Shown here: positions 38,976 through 56,150 of the stretch, one piece after another | Layout: each line of letters starts with the position of its first letter | How positions within the stretch are numbered: the first letter of the stretch is position 1 | Source of the DNA: the human T2T-CHM13v2.0 reference genome, Homo sapiens | Length of the DNA: 64,000 nucleotides | Direction: 5' to 3' (one strand) | Assembly: GCF_009914755.1 (NCBI RefSeq) | Contig: NC_060929.1 | Notes under the pieces: model-generated | What the model was told of the DNA's origin: nothing | Database searches by the model: none | The model's input: the letters and a program-made list of their open reading frames with translations, nothing else | Position numbers and translations under genes: made by a program

Positions 38976-39939
38976 AAGGAAAAAAAAAAAATCTTAACTC
39001 TGCCCTTTAAGGAAAATAACTGTTCCAAACATTTGCAATAATGAAGGTATTCAACAATTTTAAACAATTGCTTGTTGAAATACTGATGGTTCACACTTAG
39101 TTATGATTACCCAGTGTAGCATCAGTGTGGCTTAAGAATTGATTTATTTGAAAGAGAAAACACCACACTCATTATATTATCTCTGTTTTTTTCCAGACTT
39201 GAGTTTTAAAACTGATAAAATTTCAGAGACATATAGGTCATTCATTCTTATAACCTGCCTGAGGCTTGAATTCCTACCATAAAACACCCCTGCCAAAAGA
39301 TTGACCAATTTAAGCTTAAACGCCTGTGGAAGAGAAGCCCTTCAGGAAGATTTTGTACAACCAAATCAAATTATTTCTCTCCATAGTTTTTACCTGCTAA
39401 TACATATTGAATTATTTGAAATCACAAAGAATGAGAATATTAGTTCTTTCATAAGTCCGTTTTCATGAACTTTCGTATATCCTAGAGACTCTTCCCTGAA
39501 TGCTTTTGAATCTGCATCCAAAACTAAATTCAAAATTCCATTTGTAGTCTTTAGAGGTTGCTGAACAGGGACTTCTTAATTTTGACATTATTAATACAAC
39601 CTAATATATTATTAAGCTTTCAAAGTACACTCATTGAGCTCACTTTTAATTGTAATAAAAATTTTTTTCAGATCACTTAGTCTTCATTCCTCTATCTTGT
39701 AGTTATGAGATACATTTTTTTTCATTTTATTACTATTATACTTTAAGCTTTAGGGTACATGTGCACAACGTGCAGGTTTGTTACATATGTATACACGTGC
39801 CATGTTGGTGTGCCGCACCCATTAACTCGTCGTTTACCATTAGGTATATCTCCTAATGCTATGCCTCCCCCATCCCCCGACCCCACAACAGTCCCTGGTG
39901 TGTGATGTTCCCCTTCCTGTGTTCAAGTGTTCTCATTGT

Positions 39940-43760
<3,821 letters not shown>

Positions 43761-43823
43761 TATGATGTCAGCTGGTTATTTTGCTCATTAGTTGATGCAG
43801 TTTCTTCCTAGCCTTGATGGTCT

Positions 43824-44841
43824 TTACAATTTGGCATGTTTTTGCAGTGGCTGGTACCAGTTGTTCCTTTCCATGTTTAGTGCTTCCTTCAGGATCTCTT
43901 TTAGGCCAGGCCTGGTGGTGACAAAATCTCTCACCATTTGCTTGTCTGTAAAGATTTTTATTTCTCCTTCACTTATGAAGCTTAGTTTGGCTGGATTTAA
44001 AATTCTAGGTTGAAAATTCTTTTCTTTAAGTATGTTGAATATTGGCTCCCACTCTCTTCTGGCTTGCAGAATTTCTGCTGAGAGATCAGCTGTTAGTCTG
44101 ATGGGCTTCCCTTTCTGGGTAACCTGACTTTTCTCTCTGGCTGTCCTTAACATTTTTTTCCTTCATTTCAACTTTGGTGAATCTGCCAATTATGTGTCTT
44201 GGAGTTGCTCTTCTCGAGGAGTATCTTTGTGGCATTCTCTGTATTTCCTGAATTTGAATGTTGGCCTGCCTTGCTAGATAGGGGAAGTTCTCCTGGATAA
44301 TATCCTGCAGAGTGTTTTCCAACTTGGTTCCATTCTCCCCGTCACTTTCAGGTAAACCAGTCAGACGTAGATTTGGTCTTTTCACATAGTCCCATGTTTC
44401 TTGGAGGCTTTGTTCATTTCTTTTTATTCTTTTTTCTCTAAACTTCTCTTCTCACTTCATTTCATTCATTTCATCTTCCATCACTGATATTCCTTCTTCC
44501 AGTTGATCGCATCAGCTCCTGAGGCTTCTGCATTCATCATGTAGCTCTCTTGCCTTGGTTTTCAGCTCCATCAGGTCTTTTAAGGACTTCTCTGCATTGG
44601 TTATTCTTGTTATCCATTCATCAAATTTTTTTTCAAAGCTTTTAACTTCTTTGTCATTGGTTCGAATTTCCTCCTATAGCTCGGAGTAGTTTGATCATCT
44701 GAAGCCTTCTTCTCTCAACTCGTCAAAGTCATTCTCCATCCACCTTTGTTCTGTTGCTGGTGAGGAGCTGTGTTCCTTTGGAGGAGGAGAGGTGCTCTGA
44801 TTTTTAGAGTTTCCAGTTTTTCTGCTCTGTTTTTTTCCCAT
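43824..44841 (-). pseudogene. L1 ORF1, frameshifted
   Basis: ATG at 44841; fragments KRPNLRL...QENFP and KGKPIRLTADLSAE...YQPLQKHAKL lie in different frames. Confidence 0.92.
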
Positions 44842-45874
44842 CTTTGTGGTTTTATCTACCTTTGGTCTTCGATGATGGTGATGTACAGATGGGTTTTTGG
44901 TGTGGATGTCCTTTCTGTTTGTTAGTTTTCCTTCTAACAGACAGGACCCTCAGCTGCAGGTCTGTTGGAGTTTGCTGGAGGTCCACTCCAGACCCTGTTT
45001 GCCTGGGTATCAGCAGCAGTGGCTGCAGAACAGCAGATATTGGTGAACCGAAAATGCTGTTGCCTGATCGTTCCTCTGGAAGTTTTGTCTCAAAGGAGTA
45101 CCCGGCTGTGTGAGGTGTCAGTCCGCCCCTACTGGGGGGTGCCTCCCAGTTAGGCTACTTGGTGGTCAGGGACCCACTTGGGGAGGCAGTCTGCCCATTC
45201 TCAAATATCAAGCTGCATGCTGGGAGAACCACTACTCTCTTCAAAGCTGTCAGAGAGGGAAGTTTAAGTCTGCAGAGGTTACTGCTGTCTTTTTGTTTGT
45301 CTGTGCCCTGCCCCCAGAGGTGGAGCCTACAGAGGCAGGCAGGCCTCCTTGAGCTGTGGTGGGCTCCACCCTGTTTGAGCTTCCCGGCCACTTTGTTTAC
45401 CTAATCAAACAACTAGCTGGGCAATGGCGGGCACCCCTCCCCCAGCCTCGCTGCCACCTTGCAGTTTGATCTCAGACTGCTGTGCTAGCAATGAGTGAGA
45501 CTCCACGGGCGTAGGACCCTCCGAGCCAGGTGCGGGTTATAATCTCCTGCTGTGCTGTTTTTTAAGCCCATTGGGAAAGCGCAGTATTAGGGTGGGAGTG
45601 ACCCGATTTTCCAGGTGCTGTCTGTCACCCCTTTCTTTTACTAGGAAAGGGAATTCCCTGACCCCTTGCGCTTCCCGGGTGAGGCGATGCCTTGCCCCGC
45701 TTTGGCTCATGCACAGTGTGCTGCACCCACTGTCCTGCACTTACTGTCTGGCACTCCCCAGTGAGATGAACCTGGTACCTCAATTGGAAAAGCAGAAATC
45801 ACCCGTCTTCTGCCTCGCTCACGCTGGGAGCTGTAGACTGGAGCTGTTCCTATTCAGCCATCTTGGCTCCTCCC
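44842..45874 (-). promoter_or_regulatory. L1 5' UTR internal sense/antisense promoter with intact YY1 motif
   Basis: AAGATGGC on the - strand at 45857-45864; CpG-richer than the flanks. Confidence 0.75.
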
Positions 45875-46379
45875 GAAATACATTTTTTAACCTAAATGAA
45901 AAACTGTATATTTAATCTTATATTTATTCTAATATATTTGATTTGCCTTTAAAATAATGTTTATACAAAGAGATACATATATAAGACATATACAAAGAAA
46001 ATCACTACAAATCACCTAAAAACAGCTACAAGGAACCTACAGTCTTAATACCCACGAATAAGTTCATGATATATGCCGAACATTATTCCAGATAAATCTC
46101 TATGTATATGTTCAGTTGAGTAAATGAACAAGTAGATATAGTTAGGAAAAATTAATGGGAATATAATCATACTATGCATATGACTTTAAAAATAACAGTA
46201 TAAAACATATTTTCTTGAACTTTAAAAAGGAAAGAAAAAATTAAAACTGAATTATAAACTTTAAATAAATATTATTTATACAAGATATTTTTTAAATTAA
46301 GAAAAATAAAAGCTATGAGGGATGAAAACCATATAAACATTTTAATATGTGTTTTATGTAGTAGCAATTAAATTATTTG

Positions 46380-46760
46380 CTTTAAAAGACTATGGAATAG
46401 TAAAAAGATTAGTGGTCTCCAGCAAAATGAGGAAGGGAGAGCAGGACAGATATATAGGTGGTGACAGGAGATATTTAAGACAGTAAAACTCTCATGAATG
46501 ATACTATAATGGTGGATACATACCATTATACATTTGTCAAAACCCATATAATATATACAACACTGAGAATGAACACTAATTTAAACTGTGGGCTTTAGTT
46601 AATAATAATTTATAAATATGGGTTTATCAGTTGTAACAAATGGACCACACTAATATGAGATGTTAATTATAGGGGAAACTGTATTTGAGGGAAGAGGTAT
46701 GTGAAAACACTATTCTTCCTGCTCAATTTTTCTGTAAGCCTAAACCTAAAGTTCATTTTT
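46380..46760 (+). mobile_element. L1MC/L1MD 3' UTR fragment
   Basis: gatactataatggtggatacataccattatacatttgtcaaaacccat. Confidence 0.75.
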
Positions 46761-46849
46761 ATTTGAAAAATATGTTAATTAAATAAAAACTAACAAATAA
46801 ATGAAAAAGGCCTAAGGCATTTAAAAATGAAAATAATTATGTGTTATTA

Positions 46850-48360
46850 AGAGGATCATGCACTGTGATCAAGAAGAATTCATCCCAGAGATGTAAGGCT
46901 GATTCAATACACACAAATTAATAAATGGACATAACACATTAACAGTAAAAATCATATAATCACATCAATAAATACAGAAAAAGCATTTGACAAAATTTGA
47001 CATCCTTTCATGATAAAAAAAAAAACTCCCAACAAATTAGGTATAGAAGGAATGCATCTCAACATTATAACGATCATATATAACAAACCCGCAATCAAAG
47101 TCAAACTCAATGGTGAATAACTGAAAGCTTTTCCCCTAGGATCAGAAACAAGCAAGGATGACCACTTGCACCACTTCTATTTAACACAGTAGTGGAAGCC
47201 CTAGCCAGAGCAATTAAGTAATAAATAGAAATAAAAGACATCTAAATTAGAAAGGAAAAAGTGAAATTGTCTTTGCAGATTATATGATCTTATACACAGA
47301 AAACTCTAAAGGCTCCACCAAAAAGTTTTTACAACTGATAGATTCAATAAAGTTGCAGGATACAAAATCATAATACAAAAATCAGTAGCATTTCTAAACA
47401 ATAATAAACTATTTAAGAAAGAAATTAAGAAAATAATCTCATTTACAATAGCATAATTAGGTTAAAATATTTAGAAATAAATTTAATCAAGGAAGTGAAA
47501 GATCTGTACATTGAAAAGTATAAAATGTTGACTAAAGAAATTAAAGAAGACACAAATAAATGGAAATATATTTCATGTTCATAGATTGGAAGATTTAATG
47601 TTAAAATATCCATACTATCCAAAGTGATCTACAGATTTAATGGAATTTCTATCAAAATCCAAGGGCAGTTTTCATAGAAATAAAAAAAATTCTGAAATTT
47701 GTATGAAACCACAGAAGACCCTGCATAAGCAAAGCAATCTTGAGCAAGAAGAACAAAGCTAGAGGCATCACACTATCTGTCTTCAAAATATACTACAAAA
47801 TTATAGTAATAAAAACAGTATGGGACGGGCCCAAAGACAAACATACAAACCAGTGAAACACAATAGAGAGCCTAGAAATAGTCCATGTAAGGTCAATTGA
47901 TCTTTGATGAAGGTGCCAACAAAACACATGGGGAAAGCACAATTTCTTCAATAAGTGGTGTTGGGAAAACTGGATATCCACATGCAAAAGAATGAGATTG
48001 GACCCTTACCTCATACCATATACAAAAATAAACTAAAAATTGATTAAAGACTTAAACATAAGACCTAAAACTGTAAAACTTCTAGTAAAAAAAAAAAAAG
48101 GAAAAAAATTTCTTGATGTTGGCGTGGGCAATGATTTTTTTGGGTATGACCCCAAAAGCACAGGCACAAAAGCAAAAATGAACAAATGGATTTGCATCAC
48201 ACTAAAAGGCTTCTGCACAGCAAAAGAAATAATCAACATAGTGAAGAGACAACCTATAAAATGAGAGAACATATTTGGAAACAATACATCTGATAAGGGG
48301 TTAATATCCAAAATATATAAGAAACTCAAATGACTCAGTAGCAAAAAATCAGTAACATAT
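46850..48360 (+). mobile_element. L1MA/L1MB ORF2 fragment
   Basis: [14 protein letters not shown]...MNKWICITLKGFCTAKE remnant. Confidence 0.85.
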
Positions 48361-48386
48361 ATATATATACTAAAACTATATATATA

Positions 48387-48797
48387 TAGTTTTAGTCCTT
48401 TTTGTGCTGCTATAAAGGAATAGCTGAGACTAGATAATTTATAAAGACGTTTATTTGGCTCATGGTTCTGCAGACTGTACAAGAAGCATGGTGCCAGCAT
48501 CTGCTTCTGGTGAGGGCTTCAGAGAACCTCCAATCATGGCAGAAGACAAAGGGGACACAGGCATGTCACATGGCAATAGAGGGAGCAAGAGATGAGGTGA
48601 GGTGTCATGCTTTTTTAAACACCAGCTCTCATGTGAACTAATGCAGCAAGAAGTCACTCATTACCCTGAAATGGCACCAAGCCGTTCATGAAGGATCCAC
48701 CCTCCTAACACAAACACCTACCACTGGGCCTCACCTCCAACACTGGTGGTTGAATTTCAACATAAAATTTGGAGAGGACAAATATCCAAACTATCTA
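48387..48797 (-). mobile_element. MSTB-like MaLR LTR
   Basis: ttagtcctttttgtgctgctataaaggaata...tttggagaggacaaatatccaaactat. Confidence 0.85.
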
Positions 48798-48869
48798 TCT
48801 ACCTGTCTATCTTTCTATCTATCTATGTAGAAATAATATTCCATTATATTTATATGAATTGTATGTGAT

Positions 48870-49185
48870 CAGTCATTCCACAGTTTTTTGGGGGGATTAG
48901 TTCCGGTACTTACCATGGATACCAAAATCCATGGATGCTCAAGTACCTGATATGAAATAGTGTAGCATTTGGATATAATCTATGCACATCCTCCCATATC
49001 TTTAAATCATCTTTAGATTACTGAAAATATCTATCATAATGTATGTAGTTATTATACTGTATTTTTTAGGGAATAATGACAAGAAAAAAGTCTGTACATC
49101 TTCAATACAGATGCAACTTTTTTGGTCATTAGTTTGGTTTTTGGATGCATAGTATTTTTGATCTGTGGCTGAATCCATGCATATG
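48870..49185 (+). mobile_element. MER2 (Tigger-derived) DNA transposon
   Basis: ggataccaaaatccatggatgctcaagtacctgatat...ctttaaatcatctttagattac. Confidence 0.85.
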
Positions 49186-49302
49186 CATATATATGTATAT
49201 ACATATAGATATACATATATGTATATCTATACATATCTACATACATATACATATGTATATATATACATATCTACATACATATACATATGTGTATATATAT
49301 AT
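49186..49302. repeat. (TA)/(TACA)-rich microsatellite
   Basis: Direct reading. Confidence 0.9.
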
Positions 49303-49333
49303 CAAGTAATCACATTGCACAGATTATACAATC

Positions 49334-52298
49334 TTTTTTTAAATTATACTTTAAGTTCTGGGGTACATGTGCAGAACATGCATGTTTATTACATAGGTCT
49401 ACATGTGTCATGCTGGTTTGCTGCACCCATCAACCCGTCATCTACATTAGGTATTTTTCCTAATGCTATCCCTCCCCTAGCTCCCCAACCCTGACAGGTG
49501 TGTGATGTTCCCATCCCTGTGTCCATGTGTTCTCATTGTTCAACTCCCATTTATGAATGAGAACATGAGGTGTTCTGTTTTCTGTTCCTGTGTTAGTTTG
49601 CTGAGAATGATGGTTTCCAGTTTCATCCATGTCCCTGCAAAGGACATGAACTCATCCTTTTCTATGGATGCATAGTATTCCATGGTGTATATGTGCCACC
49701 TTTTCTTTATCCAGTCTACCATTGATGAGTATTTGGGTTGGTTACAAGTCTTTGCTATTGTGAACAGTGCTGCATTAAACATACATGTGCATGTGTCTTT
49801 ATAGTAGAATGATTTATAATCTTTTGGGTATATATCCAGTAATGGGATTGCTGGGTCAAATGGTATTTCTAGTCCTAGATCCTTGAGGAATTGCCACCCT
49901 GTCTCCCACAATGGTTGAACTAATTGACATTCCCACCAACAGTGTAAAAGCATTCTTATTTCTCCACATCCTCTCCAGCTCTGTTGTTTCCTGACTTTTT
50001 AATGACCGCCATTCTAACTGGCGTGAGATGGTATCTCATTGTGGTGTTAATTTGCATTTTCCTAATGACCAGTGATGATGAGCAATTTTTCATGTGTGTT
50101 GGCTACATAAATGTCTTCTTTAGAGTAGTGTTTGGTCATACCCTTCGCCCACTTTTTGATGGGGTTGTTTTTTTCTTGTAAATTTGTTTAAGTTCTTTGT
50201 AGATTCTGGATATTAGCCCTTTGTCAGATGGATAGATTGCAAAAATTTTCTCCCACTCTGTAGGTTGCCTGTTCACTCTGATGATAGTTTGTTTTGCTGT
50301 GCGGAAGCTGTTTAGTTTAATTAGAGCTCATTTGTCTATTTTGGCTTTTGTTGTCATTGCCTTTGGTGTTTTAGTCATGAAGTCTTTTCCCATGCCTATG
50401 TCCTGAATGGTATTGCCTAGGTTTTCTTCTAGGGTTTTTATGGTTTTAGGTCTTATGTTTAAGTCTTTAATCCATCTTGAGTTAATTTTTGTATAAGGTG
50501 TGAGGAAACAATCCAGTTTCAGTTTTCTGCATATGGCTAGCCCATTTTCCCAACACCATTTATTAAATAGGGAATCCTTTCCCCATTGCTTGTTTTTGTC
50601 AGGTTTGTCAAAGTCAGATGGTTGTAGATGTGTGGCATTATTTCTGTGGCCTCTGTTCTGTTCCATTGGTCTATGTATCTGTCTGTTATCTAAACCATGC
50701 TGTTTTGGTTACCGTAGCCTTGTAGTATAGCTTGAAGTCAGGTAGCATGATGCCTTCAGCTTTGTTCTTTTTGCTTAGGATTGTCTTGGCTATGAGGGCT
50801 CTTTTTCGGTTTCATATGAACTTTGAAGTAGTTTTTTCCAAATCTGTGAAGAAAGTCAATGGTAGCTTGATGGGGATAGCATTGCATCTATAAATTACTT
50901 TGGGCAGTATATCCATTTTCACGATATTGATTCTTCCTATCCATGAGCATGGAATATTCTTCCATTTGTTTGTGTCCTCTCTTATTTCCTTGAGCAGTGG
51001 TTTGTAGTTCTCCTTGAAGAGGTCCTTCACATCCCTTGTAAGTTAGATTCCTAGGTATTTTATTCTCTCTGTAGCAATTGTGAATGGGATTTCACTCATG
51101 CTTTGGCTCTGTTTGTCTGTTACTGGTGTATAGGAATGCTTGTGATTTTTGTGCATTGATTTTGTATCCTGAGACTTTGTTGAAGTTGCTTATCAGCTTA
51201 TGGAGATTTTGGGCTGAGATGATGGGGTTTTCTATATATACAATCATGTCATTGGCAAACAGAGACAATTTGATTCCTCATTTCCTAACTGAATACCCTT
51301 TATTTCTTTCTCTTGCCTGATTGCCCTGGCCAGAACTTCCAATACTATGTTGAATAGGAGTGGTGAGAGAGGGCATCCTTGTCTTGTGCTGGTTTTCAAA
51401 GGGAGTGTTTCCAGTTTTTGCCCATTCATTATGATGTTGGCTGTGGGTTTGTCATAAATAGCTCTTAAGTTTTTAGCATGAAGCGGTGTGGAATTTTGTC
51501 AAAGGCCTTTTCTGCATCTATTGAGATAATCATGTGGTTTTTGTCATTGGTTCTGTTTATGTGATGGATTACATTTATTGATATACGTATGTTGAAAGAG
51601 CCTTGCATCCCAAGGATGAAGCCAACTTGCTCGTGGTGGATAAGCTTTTTGATGTGCTGCTGGATTCTGTTTACCAGTATTTTATTGAGGATTTTCGCAT
51701 AGATGTTCTTCAGGGATACTGGCCTAAAATTTTCTTTTTTTGTTGTGTCTCTGCCATGTTTTGGTATCAGGATGATGCTGGCCATATAAAATGAGTTAGG
51801 GAGGATTCCCTCTTTTTCTATTGTTTGGAATAGTTTCAGAAGAATGGTACTGGCTCCTCTTTGTACCTCTGGTACTGAAGGAGATAGAGACATGAAAAGC
51901 CCTTCAGAAAATCAATGAATCCAGGAGCTGGTTTTTTGAAAAATCAACAGTATAGATAGACCGGTAGCCAGATTAATAAAGAAGAAAAGAGACAACAATC
52001 AAATAGATGCAAAAAAAATGATAAAAGGGATATCACCACCAATCCCACAGAAATATAAACTACCATCAGAGAATACTATAAACACCTCTATGCAAATAAA
52101 CTAAAAAATCTAGAAGAAATGCACAAATTCCTGGACACGTACACCCTCTCAAGACTAAACGAGGAAGAATCCGAATCCCTGAATAGACCAATAACAAGTT
52201 CTGAAATTGAAGCAGCAATTAATAGCTTACCTATCAAAAAAAATCCAAAAAAATCCAGGACCAGATGGATTCACAGCTGAATGCTACCAGAGGTATAA
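49334..52298 (-). mobile_element. 5'-truncated, 5'-inverted LINE-1 (L1PA7/8-like)
   Basis: - strand 3' UTR and ORF2 from 49334 to 51874, then + strand upstream ORF2 sequence from 51874 to 52298. Confidence 0.92.
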
Positions 52299-53564
52299 CT
52301 TTTATTTGTCAATTATATATGTACCTCAATAAACTTCAGAAAAAAAGGTTATGTGATTAGTTTTACCACTTATAATTATGTATTCTCTCTCCTTAATTCC
52401 AAATTTTTATTTCTTATTTTCTTATTTTTAAAGAATTTATTACATTTATAGTCTATTTGTTGACCATCAATGTATTAGTTCTGAGATTTCTGTTTAAATG
52501 AATTCAATGCTTTCTCTCAGGTCTTTTTCACACATCCCCAGATCGAGTTATTTATTTTAAGTTCTTTTAGTTTGTTAGATTTTATTTTCAGAAGAATTCA
52601 CAGGTGTGAGTTTTCTTCATATCTTCCTTTTCTGAGAATGAAGTTTCTCTTCCTTTATACTCACTCAACAACTTGGCTGTAAGTAAAATTTCTGGGTCAC
52701 TCTCTTCTTCAAATTTGAGAACAAGTCTTGTCTTTGGGAACTGAGTGTTCCTAGAGAGAAAACTGAGCCAGCCTGATTGGTCTCACTTGAAAAACAAGTG
52801 TCCAACTTTCTTCCTCAGTTTTTCCTGGCAAACATTGTAAAAAAAATTGTCTCTTCATTTTAGGAAAAACAAATCATATACTACAACTCCACATATATTT
52901 CCTTTTACATTTATTAGAACATCTACTTTGAGGATAACATTATTCTTATGTTACATATTTTTTATCTATCAGTTATAGCATCTTTTTTCTTATAGCTTTG
53001 ATTTGTCTGTTTTCTTGTAGCCTGTGACAATCTTTGGAGCTTCTAATTTTATCTTTTAATACTCTATCTCTCCAGACTGGTTTTTTCAACCTCAAGTTAG
53101 ACAAACATACCTTCTATAATCTTCATCTAAGTTATGATAAATATTGACCAAAACAGAATCCTGTTACAAGTTTAGATACTTTGATTTTTTTAAAAAATTG
53201 ATTCAATTACATAAATTGTACTTTAATAAATACCATATTTTTCTATCTGTTGTTTTGCACAATGTTGTAACAATAGATTTTGTCAAATGTCTTGTGAATT
53301 TAAATTTCCATTAATGGCTTTCTCTGTTCTATTAATTAAATAATCTTATCAAATAGGATTTAATTTATTTTTGGTGAGCCCCTAGTAATCTCTGCTTCCA
53401 CTTCTAGGTGCTCACAAAACTTCAATAATGTTTCCTAAAAACCTACTTAACTTTGACATCACATGTACTAATTGATATTTTATGAGAATGACACCTAGTT
53501 TTTTAGATAATCTGAAGACATTTCCCTGTCTTCAGTCTCCTAATAATTCTCCCATTCTACAAGA

Positions 53565-54618
53565 AAAATGTAAAACTCAAAACTATAAAAACTCTGGAAG
53601 ACAACCTAGGCAATATCATTCTGGACATAAGAACCGGCAAAGATTTCATGATGATGATGCCATTAGCAATTGCAACAAAAGAAAAAATTGACGAATTGCA
53701 TCTAAATAACTAAAGAGCTTCTGCACAGCAAAAGAAACTATCAACAGGGTAAACAACCTACAGAATAAGAGAAAAAGCTCAGTATCACTGATCATTAGAG
53801 AAATGCAAATTAAAACCACAGTGAGATACCATCTCTCACCAGTCAGAATGGCTACTATTAAAAAGTCAAAACAAAACAAAAAAACCAACAGATGCTGGTG
53901 AAGTTTTGGAGAAAAGGGAACACTTATACACTGTTGTGGGGAGTGTAAATTAGTTCAACCATTGTAGAAAGCAGTGTGATGATTCCTCAAAGAGCTAAAA
54001 GCAGAACTACCATTTGACCCAGCAATTCCATTGCTGGTTATGTAAGCAAAGGAATATAAATTGTTCTATCACAAAGACACATGCACACATATGTTCACTG
54101 TAGCACTATTCATAATAGCAAAGTCATGGGATCAACCTAAATGTCCATCAATGGTAGAACGGATAAGGAAAATGTGGTCCATATATACCATTGAATACTA
54201 TACAGTTATAAAAAAGAATGAGATCATGTCTTTTGCAGAAACATGGACAGAGCTGGAGGTCATTATCCTTAGGAAACTAATCCATACCACATACCACATA
54301 CCACATACCACAAGTAAACCACATACCACATACCACAAGTTCTCACTTACCACATACCACAAGTTCTCATTTATAAGTTGGAGCTAAATGATGAGAACAC
54401 ATGGACAGAAAGAGGGGAGGAACAGACACCACGGCCTACCTGAGGGTGAAGGGTGGGAGGAAGGAGACGAGCAGAAAAAATAACTATTGGGTACTAGGCT
54501 CAGTATGTGGCTGATGAAATAATCTGTACAACAAATCCCCGTGACACAAGTTTACCTGTAAAACAAAACCTGCCCATGCATTCTAAAACCTAAAATAAAA
54601 GTTTTTTAAAAAAAAAAA
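53565..54618 (+). mobile_element. Old L1PA/L1PB 3' fragment with A-tail, an internal deletion near 53775 and a heptamer expansion
   Basis: KDTCTHMFTVALFIIAKSWDQPKCPS remnant; 3' UTR acctaaaataaaag and poly-A. Confidence 0.88.
54283..54370. repeat. (CATACCA)n heptamer expansion inside L1
   Basis: cataccacataccacataccacataccac... Confidence 0.9.
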
Positions 54619-54789
54619 CAGTCTCATTTATAAGTTTGTTCTTTATTTTCTTTAAACACCAATGAGGCTGGGCAGGAAATGAAGACTCCTTATTTCCCCC
54701 TCAGCCTAAATCGATCAAATTGAAAACTCATTTTTATTAGCCATGTCATAAAAGTAAGAAGATTCAGATTTTGAATCTTCCCCTGAAAA

Positions 54790-54975
54790 AACATTTATAT
54801 TAACATCTCCCAATTATATGGTATTTCTTGTCTCCCCACTAAACTATAAGCTTTTTGATAGCAGGCATAGTTGTTTTTTTTTTTATTTGTGGTGGTATTC
54901 TCAGTGCTTATCACATCACAGTGCCTTACCCATCACAAATACTCAACAGGTAGTTGTTGATTAAATGAATTACTC
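54790..54975 (+). mobile_element. L2 3' end
   Basis: ccccactaaactataagc...tactcaacaggtagttgttgattaaatgaat. Confidence 0.7.
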
Positions 54976-55544
54976 AAGAAGTTTGGGAATATATAATATA
55001 GGCTTTTTTGGATTAGGCCAGCTGCTGACTGAACAACCACTACTGACGGATCAACTATCTAAGTCATCATTACTTTAAATAAATTATTTTCAAAGCTCTA
55101 ACCAACTAACTTTCAAAATATAACTAATTTGTCTTCTGAATATTTTCACAAATTTATTTGGGGACATTTGAATTCCCTGTTTTTTCATAATTTTTGCTTT
55201 ATATTAGCCCAGGGATAAATCAGCAGTATAATAACAGAAGGGATGGACAAGTGGCAAAGGAGAAAATGAAGAGAATCAAGACTGACTGCATTGTTTGGTG
55301 AAAGAGCATTCTAACTGCACAGAACTCTATGCTAACTTTGAAGACAAACCAAAACATAAAACCAGGTTGCTAAATAGTCTCACTAGGCCGTCAGACTACC
55401 TCAGATCATGGATCTTGGGTTGTGTGTGACTTTCCAACATCCAGTGCTTTTTTACTTTCATGACCTTTAATCTTGGCATTGTAATACTATGCAAAACATT
55501 ATTGAAAAACAGGATGCTCAAACATGTATTATGAATTTGTCTCA

Positions 55545-55720
55545 AGAACATTCCAAATCTTTTCTTCTAGGTATTTTGAAATATACAATAAATTATTGGT
55601 AGTGTGTGAGGTAATAAATATCCCAATTACCCTGATTTGATCATTTCACATAATATGTATGTATCAAACTATCATATGCACCCCATAAATATGCATGATT
55701 ATTATGTATCAATTTAAAAA
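55545..55720 (+). mobile_element. Tiny 5'-inverted L1MA 3' end
   Basis: 55545-55597 is antisense L1MA 3' UTR; 55598-55720 is the downstream 3' UTR in sense orientation, ending tttaaaaa. Confidence 0.8.
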
Positions 55721-56150
55721 TAGAACGCTATATAGTATCCAGAAAATGTCTTTTGGCAAATACAAATTGTAGCAATTATTCTAAAGGGATGTAGCTGTAG
55801 GTACCACAGACATGTCTTTTTGAACTGTTGATTGAAGTCATTTGGAATCAGATTTCAGATAGACCTCACTTTGTCTAGAAACTAAGGTTGGCTTGCTGCA
55901 GACTGCCTTCCTTCTAAGAACAAGTCTTAGTCTGAAACTTTCATCATTTGTAGTTTCTCCAATATTATCCACTTAATATGCAAGTTCTGAAGTGCTGTCT
56001 TGACAGGTAGGAAAGAAGAAATTAAACAACAGAAAATTGAGAGCAAGTTTCCAATTTATAATAGCCTTAGCTAGAAAAGATTGCTAACTGGTGGCTCAAT
56101 AGAAAAGCTCCAGAACCTAACTTTTCAGTGCCATTCTAGAGCTCACTTAC

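Noticed and set aside
49052-49494. Tyr/Ile/Met-rich ORFs
   Set aside because: Translation artefacts of the (TA)n microsatellite and flanking repeats
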